A stretch of 64,000 bases of DNA from positions 1-64,000 of the IMG/VR virus record IMGVR_UViG_3300047552_002060. One strand, 5' to 3'. The stretch's first letter is position 1. Every line of letters begins with the position of its first letter. This document shows, one piece after another, positions 46,863-55,955 of the stretch. Source of the stretch: a virus. The notes beneath the pieces were generated by a model. The model searched no databases and was not told the DNA's origin. It saw only the letters and a list, made by a program, of their open reading frames with translations. Made by a program: the position numbers and the translations under genes.

Positions 46863-47032
46863 TGAAAGGTTTAACAGCGATAGACATCGATGTTGCTGTT
46901 TTTAATTTTTTCAATATGATTTACTTGTTAAAACTTGCACCTAAGAGTTTAGCGACGAAAACAGATGTTCGCGTAGCAACAATAACAATGCGCTCGATAA
47001 ATCTATTATTCCTTATGAAGGGGTTCTCTTGA
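46862..47032 (+). CDS. microprotein, LKLIS-motif family
   Basis: VFNFFNMIYLLKLAP. Confidence 0.5.
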   Translation: MKGLTAIDIDVAVFNFFNMIYLLKLAPKSLATKTDVRVATITMRSINLLFLMKGFS

Positions 47033-47676
47033 AAATCTTAGTCGATATGGATGGAATCATAGTAGATACGCTGCCAACCTGGCTTCAGCGTATCTACTGG
47101 TGGACTGGTGTCAAAGTAAACCCAGACGATATTACTCAATGGGACCTCATCAAAGATCCAGCTTTGAGTAAGTTACAGCCGAGTCAGATATTTGACATCC
47201 TAGATGAGAAGCATTTTACGCTCCAGTTGCCAGAGATGCCTGAGGCCACTCGATTTCTCGAAAAGTTACATGATGCCGGCCATGAGATTAACGTTGTTAC
47301 TGCTAGGTTTGGCATGAACTGTATGCCCGAGACGATCTCCTGGCTACAAGAGATGATGCCGTGGTTCAATGCTAAAAAGAAGACGTTCTTCTGCTACGAC
47401 AAGCATCGAATCACAGGAGACATCCTTATCGATGACAAGGCAGAGAATCTCGTCCGGTATAATCAAGAATATCCCAACGCCAAATTGATCACGATAGACT
47501 ATCCCTTTAATAAGGATACTCCCGCAGGAACCTTTCGGGCTCGTAAGGACGGATGCGAATGGGAGCAGATCGAATTTTATATCAGAAAGAAGTTGGCGAA
47601 GCCAACCTGTTCTTGGTGTGGTGATTCAGAAGAAATGCATGGTGGAATGGGACACTCTCACCACTTTGAGGAATAA
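47029..47676 (+). CDS. 5'(3')-deoxyribonucleotidase (HAD, NT5C-like)
   Basis: ILVDMDG, VTAR, DILIDD, PFN. Confidence 0.88.
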   Translation: MKILVDMDGIIVDTLPTWLQRIYWWTGVKVNPDDITQWDLIKDPALSKLQPSQIFDILDEKHFTLQLPEMPEATRFLEKLHDAGHEINVVTARFGMNCMPETISWLQEMMPWFNAKKKTFFCYDKHRITGDILIDDKAENLVRYNQEYPNAKLITIDYPFNKDTPAGTFRARKDGCEWEQIEFYIRKKLAKPTCSWCGDSEEMHGGMGHSHHFEE

Positions 47677-48405
47677 ATGAACAACTATCAAACGACACAT
47701 GAAGCTTATCTAGGTACGCTGCGGGACATCTGGAACAATCCAGACTATAAGACCGCACCTCGTGGGTTGCCCATTCGAGAGAAGGTCGATTATTCTTTTA
47801 AGGTGGAAAACCCAACGTCTGAGCCAATCAAGACAGCCAATCTAGAGAGGAATAAGGTCATTGAAGACTACACACGACAAGAGGTCATACTATACAACTC
47901 AGGCACTAATAAAACTGCTGACTTTGCTAAAGCTAGTAAGTTTTGGGAAAAGTTATCGAATCCGGACGGGACTATCAATTCGGCTTATGGATTCTTAATC
48001 TGGAGGAACTACAGTTGTACGAGTAAATTTAGTGATCGAGCTATGACTCCATGGGAGTGGGCATGTGAATCACTATTGGCCGATAAGGATACACGTCAAG
48101 CTGTGATGCATTTTGCTAAGGACGAGCATAAGTGGCTAGGTAATAAAGATCAGGTCTGTACCCTTACAGGCAATTGGCTGATTCGAGACAACAAGTTAAA
48201 TTTAACAATTGTGATGAGGTCGAACGACGTAGTCAAAGGACTCGTGTACGATCTTCCTTGGTTCTGCAGTTTGATGGATAAGATGCTAGAAGACCTAAAG
48301 CCTCAATATCCTGACTTACAAAAGGGTAAGTATACGCATATTGCCCACTCTATGCATGCATACGAGAAGGATGCGGATGGCATCTTGAAGATGCTAGGAG
48401 ACTAG
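47677..48405 (+). CDS. thymidylate-synthase-fold enzyme, probable dCMP (hydroxy)methylase
   Basis: NSAYG, DTRQA, DQVCT, MRSND..GLVYD, SMHAYE. Confidence 0.8.
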   Translation: MNNYQTTHEAYLGTLRDIWNNPDYKTAPRGLPIREKVDYSFKVENPTSEPIKTANLERNKVIEDYTRQEVILYNSGTNKTADFAKASKFWEKLSNPDGTINSAYGFLIWRNYSCTSKFSDRAMTPWEWACESLLADKDTRQAVMHFAKDEHKWLGNKDQVCTLTGNWLIRDNKLNLTIVMRSNDVVKGLVYDLPWFCSLMDKMLEDLKPQYPDLQKGKYTHIAHSMHAYEKDADGILKMLGD

Positions 48406-49128
48406 ATGAGTCAAGAAAAAATAGAATTAGATATCTTTCAACAAGACATTGTCAGAGGCACCGATCTAGAGTTTAAACAACTGCTAGATATTCAAAAAGA
48501 ATTAGAGCAGTTTAAGATCGGGGACATCTACATACGAGAAGTTTTCTACAAATATGCCGGGTCATCTGAGATAGAAAAGACGAACCACAACGTAGTAGCG
48601 AAATACAAAGTCATTCACGTATCTCCGCTCGGCATTCCTTGGCTTAGGAAGATTGGTAGTAATGGTAAACTGACAGGGAATATATGTACTATACAGCACA
48701 TCAACGATCTTATCAACGGAATGAAGCGTGACCATAGTCCATATGGTTCAGAAGACAAATTTGTGCCCGATCCTGCCCAATTAGATGCGATTCTTTTACA
48801 GCAAGACTTTAATCCGGTTGAGGAGGCTCAAATTAAAGCAAAACTGTTCAATGAGATCAACAAACACAATAAGAGGGTGGCAATTAATACCAGACCTAAC
48901 AAACCTGATGTAGCTGATTTTTTTAAGAACTCGAAGCCAGGTGACAAATTCTGGACCTCACCTGATGTCTTTTTCGTGATTCAATCGGTAGTCAAGGGTG
49001 CTGGTCAGTGGATCATCACCGTACTTGACGTAAATCAAACTACTGTAACATTTAACTTTAGCAGCTTCAACTTTAAACGTCTATATAGAGAGCAGCCACG
49101 ATCATTCGCAAAAGAAAATAAGATATGA
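48406..49128 (+). CDS. hypothetical protein, paralog of 53172-53906
   Basis: FxIGD..IRE, G...R....NG, FVxDP, KxGDxFW shared. Confidence 0.75.
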   Translation: MSQEKIELDIFQQDIVRGTDLEFKQLLDIQKELEQFKIGDIYIREVFYKYAGSSEIEKTNHNVVAKYKVIHVSPLGIPWLRKIGSNGKLTGNICTIQHINDLINGMKRDHSPYGSEDKFVPDPAQLDAILLQQDFNPVEEAQIKAKLFNEINKHNKRVAINTRPNKPDVADFFKNSKPGDKFWTSPDVFFVIQSVVKGAGQWIITVLDVNQTTVTFNFSSFNFKRLYREQPRSFAKENKI

Positions 49129-49363
49129 ATAAGTGCCACTTAACAATTCAAAGTTGCTATGGCAAACGCAAGATAGGACGCAAAATTTGGTATCTTCGTC
49201 ATCACGGCCCAAGTCCATACTGTAATGACCCCGAAAATAAAAAAGCCAATAAGACAACTTGGCGTATTTTTTGGCATGCCTTACAAACTCAAACTCTCTA
49301 AACAACTTTATTTTTATTGAAGCAGACAAATCCGAATTAATATATTCTCACAAGGAGATGTGC

Positions 49364-49813
49364 ATGTCAACTGTTCCAAATGTGACCCCAGCGTTGCCAG
49401 TGAACGAAGTATCAGCCGAAGAGAAGGAGTTTCTCGCGGAAGCTGAGGTGATGGATCTTAGTCCGATTAAGGGAAAGACCTATATGGTTGCAGTGGGTAC
49501 AGGTGATCCCAATAAGGTCAAATTTCTCTGTTCGACGGTACATGGACCATACGACTTCACTGAGATGTGTCAGGAGGTTGGCGAGACTTGGGTTCAGCAC
49601 CAGCATCACGCTAAGGTCGTAATTCTTGAGAAGGACCCAAAGAAGAAGGTCCTCCTACTTGATGCTAACACCATTGACTACATTGAAGCTCACTATGTTG
49701 ACATCATCATGGAAGAGACTCTAGCCTCATTTGAGGACAAGGAATTTACTTGTGTGGCAGGAACTATTACAGATGCTGAAGTTGATCCGACGACCGGTCA
49801 GCAGGTAAAATAA
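49364..49813 (+). CDS. hypothetical protein
   Basis: AAGGAG SD. Confidence 0.7.
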   Translation: MSTVPNVTPALPVNEVSAEEKEFLAEAEVMDLSPIKGKTYMVAVGTGDPNKVKFLCSTVHGPYDFTEMCQEVGETWVQHQHHAKVVILEKDPKKKVLLLDANTIDYIEAHYVDIIMEETLASFEDKEFTCVAGTITDAEVDPTTGQQVK

Positions 49814-49815
49814 TT

Positions 49816-50712
49816 ATGCTTAAGCATTTAGCATCTAGTCTCATTGCTCGCATTAATTCTAGTGGACGAATCAGAAAGATTGAGACGGAGCACAACGCAA
49901 CTCTTAAGGAAGTTGAGCGACTACGTTGGGAGAATCGACAACTCCATAAGAACGCTTCTGAATACATGGAAGCGCGAAAAGAGGTCGAGCGGCTTACAAC
50001 CCTCGTGTCAGTACTTGAGCGAGACTGCGAAGATCTCACATGTCATGCCTGCTCAAAGTGTTGTGATGCTGCCCTTGCTGATATCGAGCGTTGGAAACGC
50101 GCTGCCGTAAGCCAGAACCGTCAGTGGTCGGTGAAATGCGTGGAGGCTACAGAATTGCGTGCCGAAGTCGAGCGACTTCAGACCGAACGCCATATGCTTG
50201 AGTTACAATTTGAGTCAGCGAAAAAAGCGACTGAGGCATGGGCGGACAAATTCGAACTTAGCGAACGAGAGCGGCTTACAGCGGAGCGCGACGAAGCCTT
50301 AGCCATGGTCGAGCGTCTGCGCGAGATTCTCAAGAACGAGATGCACGAGAGTTCGTTGGCACAGGAGCGCGACGAAGCCCGTGCCGAGGTCGAGCGGCTC
50401 ACGAAGGAGGTTGGCAGAGTCATGAACGAGAAGGCGATTCAACTTGGCGCCTTGGAGGCGGAAATTACCGGCGCCCATGCCGAGATAGAGGCGCTGCTTG
50501 ACGCAGTGAAAGCTTCGCATGAGACTGGGTGCTGGGGTCCGGCTGAAGACGCCTACGCTGCGTCGGGGCGTCCAGCCCTACGGCATCGGAGCGAGGTCGA
50601 GCGACTCTGCAATATCGTGAAGAACGGAGTGATTGGACCCATCAAGACTTCAGGTGAAGGAAAGACGTTAAACAATCTGTCTACTGATAGTATTATCAAA
50701 GTTGGCCAATAG
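49816..50712 (+). CDS. coiled-coil protein with repeated (A)EVERL units
   Basis: At least six (E)VERL copies; ERDEA twice; GC-rich. Confidence 0.7.
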   Translation: MLKHLASSLIARINSSGRIRKIETEHNATLKEVERLRWENRQLHKNASEYMEARKEVERLTTLVSVLERDCEDLTCHACSKCCDAALADIERWKRAAVSQNRQWSVKCVEATELRAEVERLQTERHMLELQFESAKKATEAWADKFELSERERLTAERDEALAMVERLREILKNEMHESSLAQERDEARAEVERLTKEVGRVMNEKAIQLGALEAEITGAHAEIEALLDAVKASHETGCWGPAEDAYAASGRPALRHRSEVERLCNIVKNGVIGPIKTSGEGKTLNNLSTDSIIKVGQ

Positions 50713-50735
50713 AAGTTAATGATCTTGAACATCGT

Positions 50736-50939
50736 ATGGATTGCAAAGATAATTCTCTAGTCCCTGGTCTCAAGAAAGCGATTAAAATTGTCGACAACAG
50801 ATTAGCTACCGCCAAAGCCTTAGACTGTGGCGAAGAGTTTACAGGTGCTATGGAACAGATTCAAGTCTTCTTGAAAGCCGAACTTTGGCGTCAAGAAAAC
50901 CCTGAAGAAGCTAAGAAATCATCGACTGTCCTAGATTAG
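50736..50939 (+). CDS. hypothetical protein
   Basis: ORF. Confidence 0.55.
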   Translation: MDCKDNSLVPGLKKAIKIVDNRLATAKALDCGEEFTGAMEQIQVFLKAELWRQENPEEAKKSSTVLD

Positions 50940-50944
50940 CAGTT

Positions 50945-51017
50945 GGGACCGTAGCTCAGTTGGTAGAGCAGGAAACTTTTAATTTCAAGGTCGTGGGTTC
51001 AAGTCCCACCGGTCCCA
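50945..51017 (+). tRNA. tRNA-Lys(UUU)
   Basis: GGGACCG/CGGTCCC-A acceptor; CTTTTAA loop; G:A mismatch at the top of the anticodon stem. Confidence 0.93.
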
Positions 51018-51121
51018 TTATGTTTAAAATATCTTCCACTACGCGTTCGTCGAACTCGCGGTCTAAATGATTTCACTATGACTGTTTTTCGTTTCTTTAC
51101 CTTTCTAAATTGGCTTGGACT

Positions 51122-51373
51122 ATGCTCAAAAAGACACCTAATGTAGAGTATGATATCAACAAGCGTTGGGAACGCGGAACGACCCACCATCCTAAGTCTA
51201 TCGCCTTGTTGAAGCGTGTTGATGAGCTTGACTGGGAACTACTTAAGGGACATTTCGACTTCAAGACTGGCGGCGATGGGGATAATGGTGAGACGTTGAT
51301 GTATCTGCTGGATATTTACTTCGAGGAGCAAGATGCCACCAAAGAAAAAGAAAGCAAGAAGCGAAAAACCTGA
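51122..51373 (+). CDS. hypothetical phage protein
   Basis: FKTGGDGDNGETLMYLLD. Confidence 0.7.
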   Translation: MLKKTPNVEYDINKRWERGTTHHPKSIALLKRVDELDWELLKGHFDFKTGGDGDNGETLMYLLDIYFEEQDATKEKESKKRKT

Positions 51374-51524
51374 GCCGCAACAAGTTGAAGTGATCATTAA
51401 GGTTGTTCACGAATATAAGCCAGTTGAACACGATAATCAATACAAGCAAAGTCATCCAGACGAATATGAGTGGTCAAATTTCTGGAATGATTGGGTTCCG
51501 AAGTCTTATTTCTCTGGACGATAA
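51333..51524 (+). CDS. small hypothetical protein
   Basis: GAGGAG SD. Confidence 0.5.
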   Translation: MPPKKKKARSEKPEPQQVEVIIKVVHEYKPVEHDNQYKQSHPDEYEWSNFWNDWVPKSYFSGR

Positions 51525-51526
51525 AT

Positions 51527-51730
51527 ATGAAGATAACACAATGGATTCGCTGTTACAACTCTAAAAATGACGAACTAGTGGATGAATGGCTCCTACATGA
51601 ATTTGAGGATCTTCCTGAATATTGGGAAGAGTGTCTTCCTATTGAGCATCCAGTGGCCTGTGTCCTCTTAGGTAAGTGCTTGAATGAGCGATTTCGTAAA
51701 TACTTTCTAGAAATGGAAGCTGAACGATAG
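51527..51730 (+). CDS. small hypothetical protein
   Basis: ORF. Confidence 0.55.
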   Translation: MKITQWIRCYNSKNDELVDEWLLHEFEDLPEYWEECLPIEHPVACVLLGKCLNERFRKYFLEMEAER

Positions 51731-52204
51731 ATGACTAGTCTGATAACATATCTGATCTGCCTCATTCCTTACGATACTAAAGTCTCTACATGGCCACTCA
51801 GTGGCCTAAATAGGGAATTGATGGGTATCGCTCGCTTAGAGTCATATTATGGAACTTACACTGACCATGAACCTCATATTCGTGGTCCATTCCATACAGC
51901 TTTTGGGTCATTAGGATTAAAGCCGATTACGGCCCATGATCAGTATATGAAGTCACCTAAGCTACAGAAGCAATTTCCTGGTCTACAAGATGAACAAGTA
52001 TTTCTGCGAGAATTCTGGCGTAATCGAACGCTCTACACCCAGTGTGCGAACTTCCATTGGTGGTATTTGCGACACGTAACTCCAACACTCGAGCGAGCAG
52101 TCTACTCTTGGCGCTGGGGACTTACAGCAAGTAATCAAGCCGCGGATGAGCAGATTGCCGCAGATACTTATACAATTCAATATATAGAATTGGATAAGCA
52201 CTGA
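51731..52204 (+). CDS. putative lytic transglycosylase (SLT/lysozyme-like fold)
   Basis: IARLES (catalytic Glu-like) and AFGSLGLKPITA resemble SLT motifs I/II. Confidence 0.5.
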   Translation: MTSLITYLICLIPYDTKVSTWPLSGLNRELMGIARLESYYGTYTDHEPHIRGPFHTAFGSLGLKPITAHDQYMKSPKLQKQFPGLQDEQVFLREFWRNRTLYTQCANFHWWYLRHVTPTLERAVYSWRWGLTASNQAADEQIAADTYTIQYIELDKH

Positions 52205-52422
52205 TGCACATTACGGACATACATAAAGCTTGTTGGCGATTTTGGTATACTATAGGTGAATTAAAGTTGGGCAACATGGCTGACTTTATTTATCGCGTTG
52301 ATATTAGAGGCCGTCATCGCCTTCACCATCCTAATTATGATTATGTAATAAACTTCGATATACGACATTATAGGACAACTATTCACTATGCCCCTCTTAA
52401 ATCGTATTCCAGTATTAGATAA
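52204..52422 (+). CDS. small protein, LKLIS-motif family
   Basis: CWRFWYTIGELKLGN. Confidence 0.45.
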   Translation: MHITDIHKACWRFWYTIGELKLGNMADFIYRVDIRGRHRLHHPNYDYVINFDIRHYRTTIHYAPLKSYSSIR

Positions 52423-52930
52423 AGGTTTCGTAGCGACCTACGATACCTCCTGTAACAGCGACAAGTTGAATGAGCTTGCTGTCGAGTTCTATAAACGACT
52501 CGATGGCAAGTTTTTATGTGAAAATAGTACACTGACGGTGATGATGAAATGCCCACTGTTCATTCAACTTAATCTTTCGCAGTTCAACTTACGAATCACC
52601 AACCTGCCGAATGTCGGCTCTGATGAACTCGAGAGCTACTATCCCAATGTCGGAGAGATCGGCTCCAGTGATCTACGTGTCTGTCAGGATATCTCGGACG
52701 ACATGAAACGCACATCCATTGCCCTACTGATGAATCACAAAGCTTATCAAGCAGATGGATGTAATCGCTTCATGTCTCAAATTCTAACGCCTATCAACAC
52801 TTATACGACCATTCTCGTTCATGGAATGTATAATGATTGGAGCAGGTTTGTATCGCAGGGAAATGCACCAGCTCCGATTGCTGCATATATGCAAGCAGTG
52901 GACCAATTAATTAAAGCAGAGTGGCGATGA
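52388..52930 (+). CDS. degenerate ThyX-fold protein
   Basis: IPVLDKGFV, KCPLFI, Y...G.......P.NTYT, W..F; lacks the RHR/SxRY signature. Confidence 0.6.
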   Translation: MPLLNRIPVLDKGFVATYDTSCNSDKLNELAVEFYKRLDGKFLCENSTLTVMMKCPLFIQLNLSQFNLRITNLPNVGSDELESYYPNVGEIGSSDLRVCQDISDDMKRTSIALLMNHKAYQADGCNRFMSQILTPINTYTTILVHGMYNDWSRFVSQGNAPAPIAAYMQAVDQLIKAEWR

Positions 52931-53172
52931 AAAAAAATAAAGACCCAAAAGAACCAGAACTATCAGAAGTATATGAGACCGAGATTGAGTTCACGTGTCC
53001 AGTCCGTGGGCTAGTCAAGCAGAAAGTTAAAGTGAAGAGATATAAGAGCGTATCTAATCAGCCAGTCGAGGATATCTTGCCTAGCAAAAACATAGCAGAC
53101 AAGCTCGATCAAAAATATTCAGGCTTAATACTCGAGGATGAGAGTGTGGACTTATTAGACGGAGAGGGCTAA
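52927..53172 (+). CDS. hypothetical protein
   Basis: EFTCPVRGLVKQKVKVKRY. Confidence 0.65.
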   Translation: MKKNKDPKEPELSEVYETEIEFTCPVRGLVKQKVKVKRYKSVSNQPVEDILPSKNIADKLDQKYSGLILEDESVDLLDGEG

Positions 53173-53906
53173 TGAAGTACGACATTACGCAAGATGACAA
53201 AGATATAATGGAGTTCGACTTTAAACATGATCGCACTCTCAAGCACCTCCGCAACTTATCATTTTACAAGTTCTCGATTGGTGATGTTTTGATCCGCGAA
53301 GAAAAATACCGCACAGATGGAAAGGATCAGTGGAGAGTGAAGGTAGCCGATTGCGGATTACCCAATAAATATCTCTACGCATATGAAAATTCTCTTGGAG
53401 TTGGATACATCAGAAGATTGAGCATAAATGGAAGAAAGTTTGTCGACAAGGCGACCTGTGTGACACAGTTTGACCCCGATCAAACACGCTTTGTCCTAGA
53501 TCCTGAGTATGCCGACCACATGCTTCTAGCGTCAGAGAATGATGACTTCGATGCTAAGTCGCGCTACGACGATATTAAGAAGAAGAAAGAGAAGGTCAAT
53601 CGCCAAAACAAAAAGATGCGTACCACTTTTGTGGATGAGGCAGCAGTCAAGAATTGGATGAAGACTTTGAAGAGGGGAGATCAGTTTTGGTTTAGTCATT
53701 CTCTAAGTCGAATCTCCAAGAATCCATATGTCATCGACGCAATTCACCTTGATATCCGGCGGCAGAGTCTATGGAATAACACCGAGACCATATCCTACGT
53801 GTCGGTAACAGGCGGGAATTATAATACGCAGCTGTATCCATCATCGTTTATAACAGGCTATCTCTTTCTCTCGAGACCTACTTTTGCCGATGAGGTCATA
53901 TCTTGA
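53172..53906 (+). CDS. hypothetical protein, paralog of 48406-49128
   Basis: Shared blocks listed for 48406-49128. Confidence 0.75.
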   Translation: MKYDITQDDKDIMEFDFKHDRTLKHLRNLSFYKFSIGDVLIREEKYRTDGKDQWRVKVADCGLPNKYLYAYENSLGVGYIRRLSINGRKFVDKATCVTQFDPDQTRFVLDPEYADHMLLASENDDFDAKSRYDDIKKKKEKVNRQNKKMRTTFVDEAAVKNWMKTLKRGDQFWFSHSLSRISKNPYVIDAIHLDIRRQSLWNNTETISYVSVTGGNYNTQLYPSSFITGYLFLSRPTFADEVIS

Positions 53907-54364
53907 CAAGGCTACCTACAAAAAAGCTTATTCACTTAAACAATCGTGCGATTGCTATCGCAGAACAGTCGCATGATATTCATACTAAAGTAGCAGCACT
54001 ATTGGTTAATCCACAAACTCTAGCAGTGTCATCTGATGGCTTCAATGGCTTTGTTAGAGAAGCTCCAGATACGATTCTTCCTACTGAGAGACCAGAAAAG
54101 TATGATTACCTTATTCACGCAGAAGAAAATCTGCTCTGTAATGCTGTAAGGAATGGGGTGAAGACCGATGGCTGTTTTATCTATGTGAGTATTTCGCCCT
54201 GTACAAAATGCCTGCGACTGATGTGGCAAGCAGGAATTAGGGAGTTCTACTTTAAAGAGAAGTATAGAGATTTCGATAAATGTACTTCTATGCTTGACCT
54301 ACAAGTTGATTTAAGCTTAGAAGATGGCTTCTATCATATGCTAGTAAGTAGTCGCAAACCATGA
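53903..54364 (+). CDS. dCMP deaminase
   Basis: S.D..TKV, GFNG, HAEEN, SPCTKC, QAGI. Confidence 0.88.
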   Translation: MTRLPTKKLIHLNNRAIAIAEQSHDIHTKVAALLVNPQTLAVSSDGFNGFVREAPDTILPTERPEKYDYLIHAEENLLCNAVRNGVKTDGCFIYVSISPCTKCLRLMWQAGIREFYFKEKYRDFDKCTSMLDLQVDLSLEDGFYHMLVSSRKP

Positions 54365-54690
54365 GACCTCTTAGAGAACGACAGATAGTCAACGGAAGAA
54401 GGTCCTCTAAGGAAGAACGAGAAAGAGCCGAGCAATCGAGGCTCTTTCTAGAAGAGAAATACCGCTGTGCTCGTAAGATCTTCTGGGTATTATGGCGTCT
54501 TATGCTATATAGCCATTCAGAGAATGTGCTATTCGGACCAACTTATTTAGCCGACCGACTCACTCAAAAACACACATTTGGAACTTATGACCAATATAGG
54601 CCAGAGAGAGGCTCGAGGATGCTTGACCCGAATAGCGTATGTGATTGTCCGACTTGGTTTAGCAAATCCATGGAAGTGGACAGCCATTGA
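54361..54690 (+). CDS. hypothetical protein with LKLIS-like motif
   Basis: RKIFWVLWRLMLYS. Confidence 0.5.
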   Translation: MRPLRERQIVNGRRSSKEERERAEQSRLFLEEKYRCARKIFWVLWRLMLYSHSENVLFGPTYLADRLTQKHTFGTYDQYRPERGSRMLDPNSVCDCPTWFSKSMEVDSH

Positions 54691-54903
54691 TAGATATGAA
54701 AGACAGAGTATTTTTTTGGAAAGACATCTTAAGGTGCTTCGAAATGTCACAAGACCTCACTACTAGACGCCAGATGCTCTTAAGAGCAAGTGCCGGACTC
54801 ATCAATGTATTCGCGCAGATCCTGTTGTCAGTAGGAGTAGCGTCGTGGTCCGCCGTGAGTGGATATTGGAGCTTATGCGATTTTGTAGATAGAAATGACA
54901 AAT

Positions 54904-55356
54904 ATGTCACTAAGAATATTATTAATAGGAAGTAATCCGTCGACCGCGTCATCAACAGACGAGGCGTTCTCTGCAGATACGGTCTCGGGAAGAGTGGTTA
55001 GATCGTGGATTCAGGGGATAGATGGCACGATCTTATTCGATAATATCGTATCCCAGATCACGAAAAACAACCGCCCTCTGCATCCAAATGAAATAATGTG
55101 TGCATCGGAATCCCTCTTAGAGAGAATCAATAGGATTGATCCTGATCGTTTGATCGCTCTCGGAAAGAGCGCTGCTTGGGCTCTCAATGAGCTAAAGCTT
55201 AATTTTTTAGAGATGCCACATCCGTCGGGACTCAACAGAAAGTTGAATGATAAGGCTTATGTCACTGAGAAACTTGAGTTACTTAGAGCGTATTGCAAAT
55301 CAGAGAAGATACCACTTCTTCATCACCGTACTAGCACAATTAGAACTTATAAGTGA
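54904..55356 (+). CDS. uracil-DNA-glycosylase superfamily protein
   Basis: LLIGSNPS, IALGKSA, MPHPSGLNR. Confidence 0.75.
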   Translation: MSLRILLIGSNPSTASSTDEAFSADTVSGRVVRSWIQGIDGTILFDNIVSQITKNNRPLHPNEIMCASESLLERINRIDPDRLIALGKSAAWALNELKLNFLEMPHPSGLNRKLNDKAYVTEKLELLRAYCKSEKIPLLHHRTSTIRTYK

Positions 55357-55407
55357 CCCTACATATTTGTCAGTCACAGACAATTTCTTCAAATTTATGT
55401 TCAAAAA

Positions 55408-55548
55408 ATGACCAGCTTATATGACCGGCGTTACTTAGCTATATCTAGCTTCTATAGATGCTTGGCCCTATTGAAGTTAGGCGATAACAATACTCTCTGG
55501 GGGAGTTATAGTCGTTTCTATGGCAAGTATCGACAAATACTCTACTGA
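55408..55548 (+). CDS. microprotein, LKLIS-motif family
   Basis: ISSFYRCLALLKLGD. Confidence 0.45.
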   Translation: MTSLYDRRYLAISSFYRCLALLKLGDNNTLWGSYSRFYGKYRQILY

Positions 55549-55943
55549 AGATTCTGTAGAACGAGGCGAATTGCTGCGCCAATAGCACCTAATGCCGTGA
55601 CTGCGCCACCCAATTTGCCAATAAAGATGACACGTGACTTTAGCCATTCACTCACTGCTTTCTTGCGGATGAGCTCTAATTCAACTGGAGTGAAACGGTC
55701 ATCGATTGCTTTCACGTAGCGCTCAAGAATCTCTGTACGCTTCATATGATCTTTTAGCGACGCCGTATTCTCATTAAGAACATCTGTATTACGAATTAGG
55801 TGTGCCCTATCTTCTTCCTCACGTACAACATGTGATTCAAATTTCGCGACATGCGTGGTCAGTGTGGTGCGCAGATCATCTACCTTCTCAGCGACGTTGT
55901 CAAGTCGATCAGCGATATAGTCTATTTTAGTATTGTCGGCCAT
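55542..55943 (-). CDS. coiled-coil protein with C-terminal TM segment
   Basis: Heptad-rich body and hydrophobic tail; lysis-accessory-like position. Confidence 0.7.
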   Translation of the reverse strand: MADNTKIDYIADRLDNVAEKVDDLRTTLTTHVAKFESHVVREEEDRAHLIRNTDVLNENTASLKDHMKRTEILERYVKAIDDRFTPVELELIRKKAVSEWLKSRVIFIGKLGGAVTALGAIGAAIRLVLQNLQ

Positions 55944-55955
55944 GGTCTATCCGAG

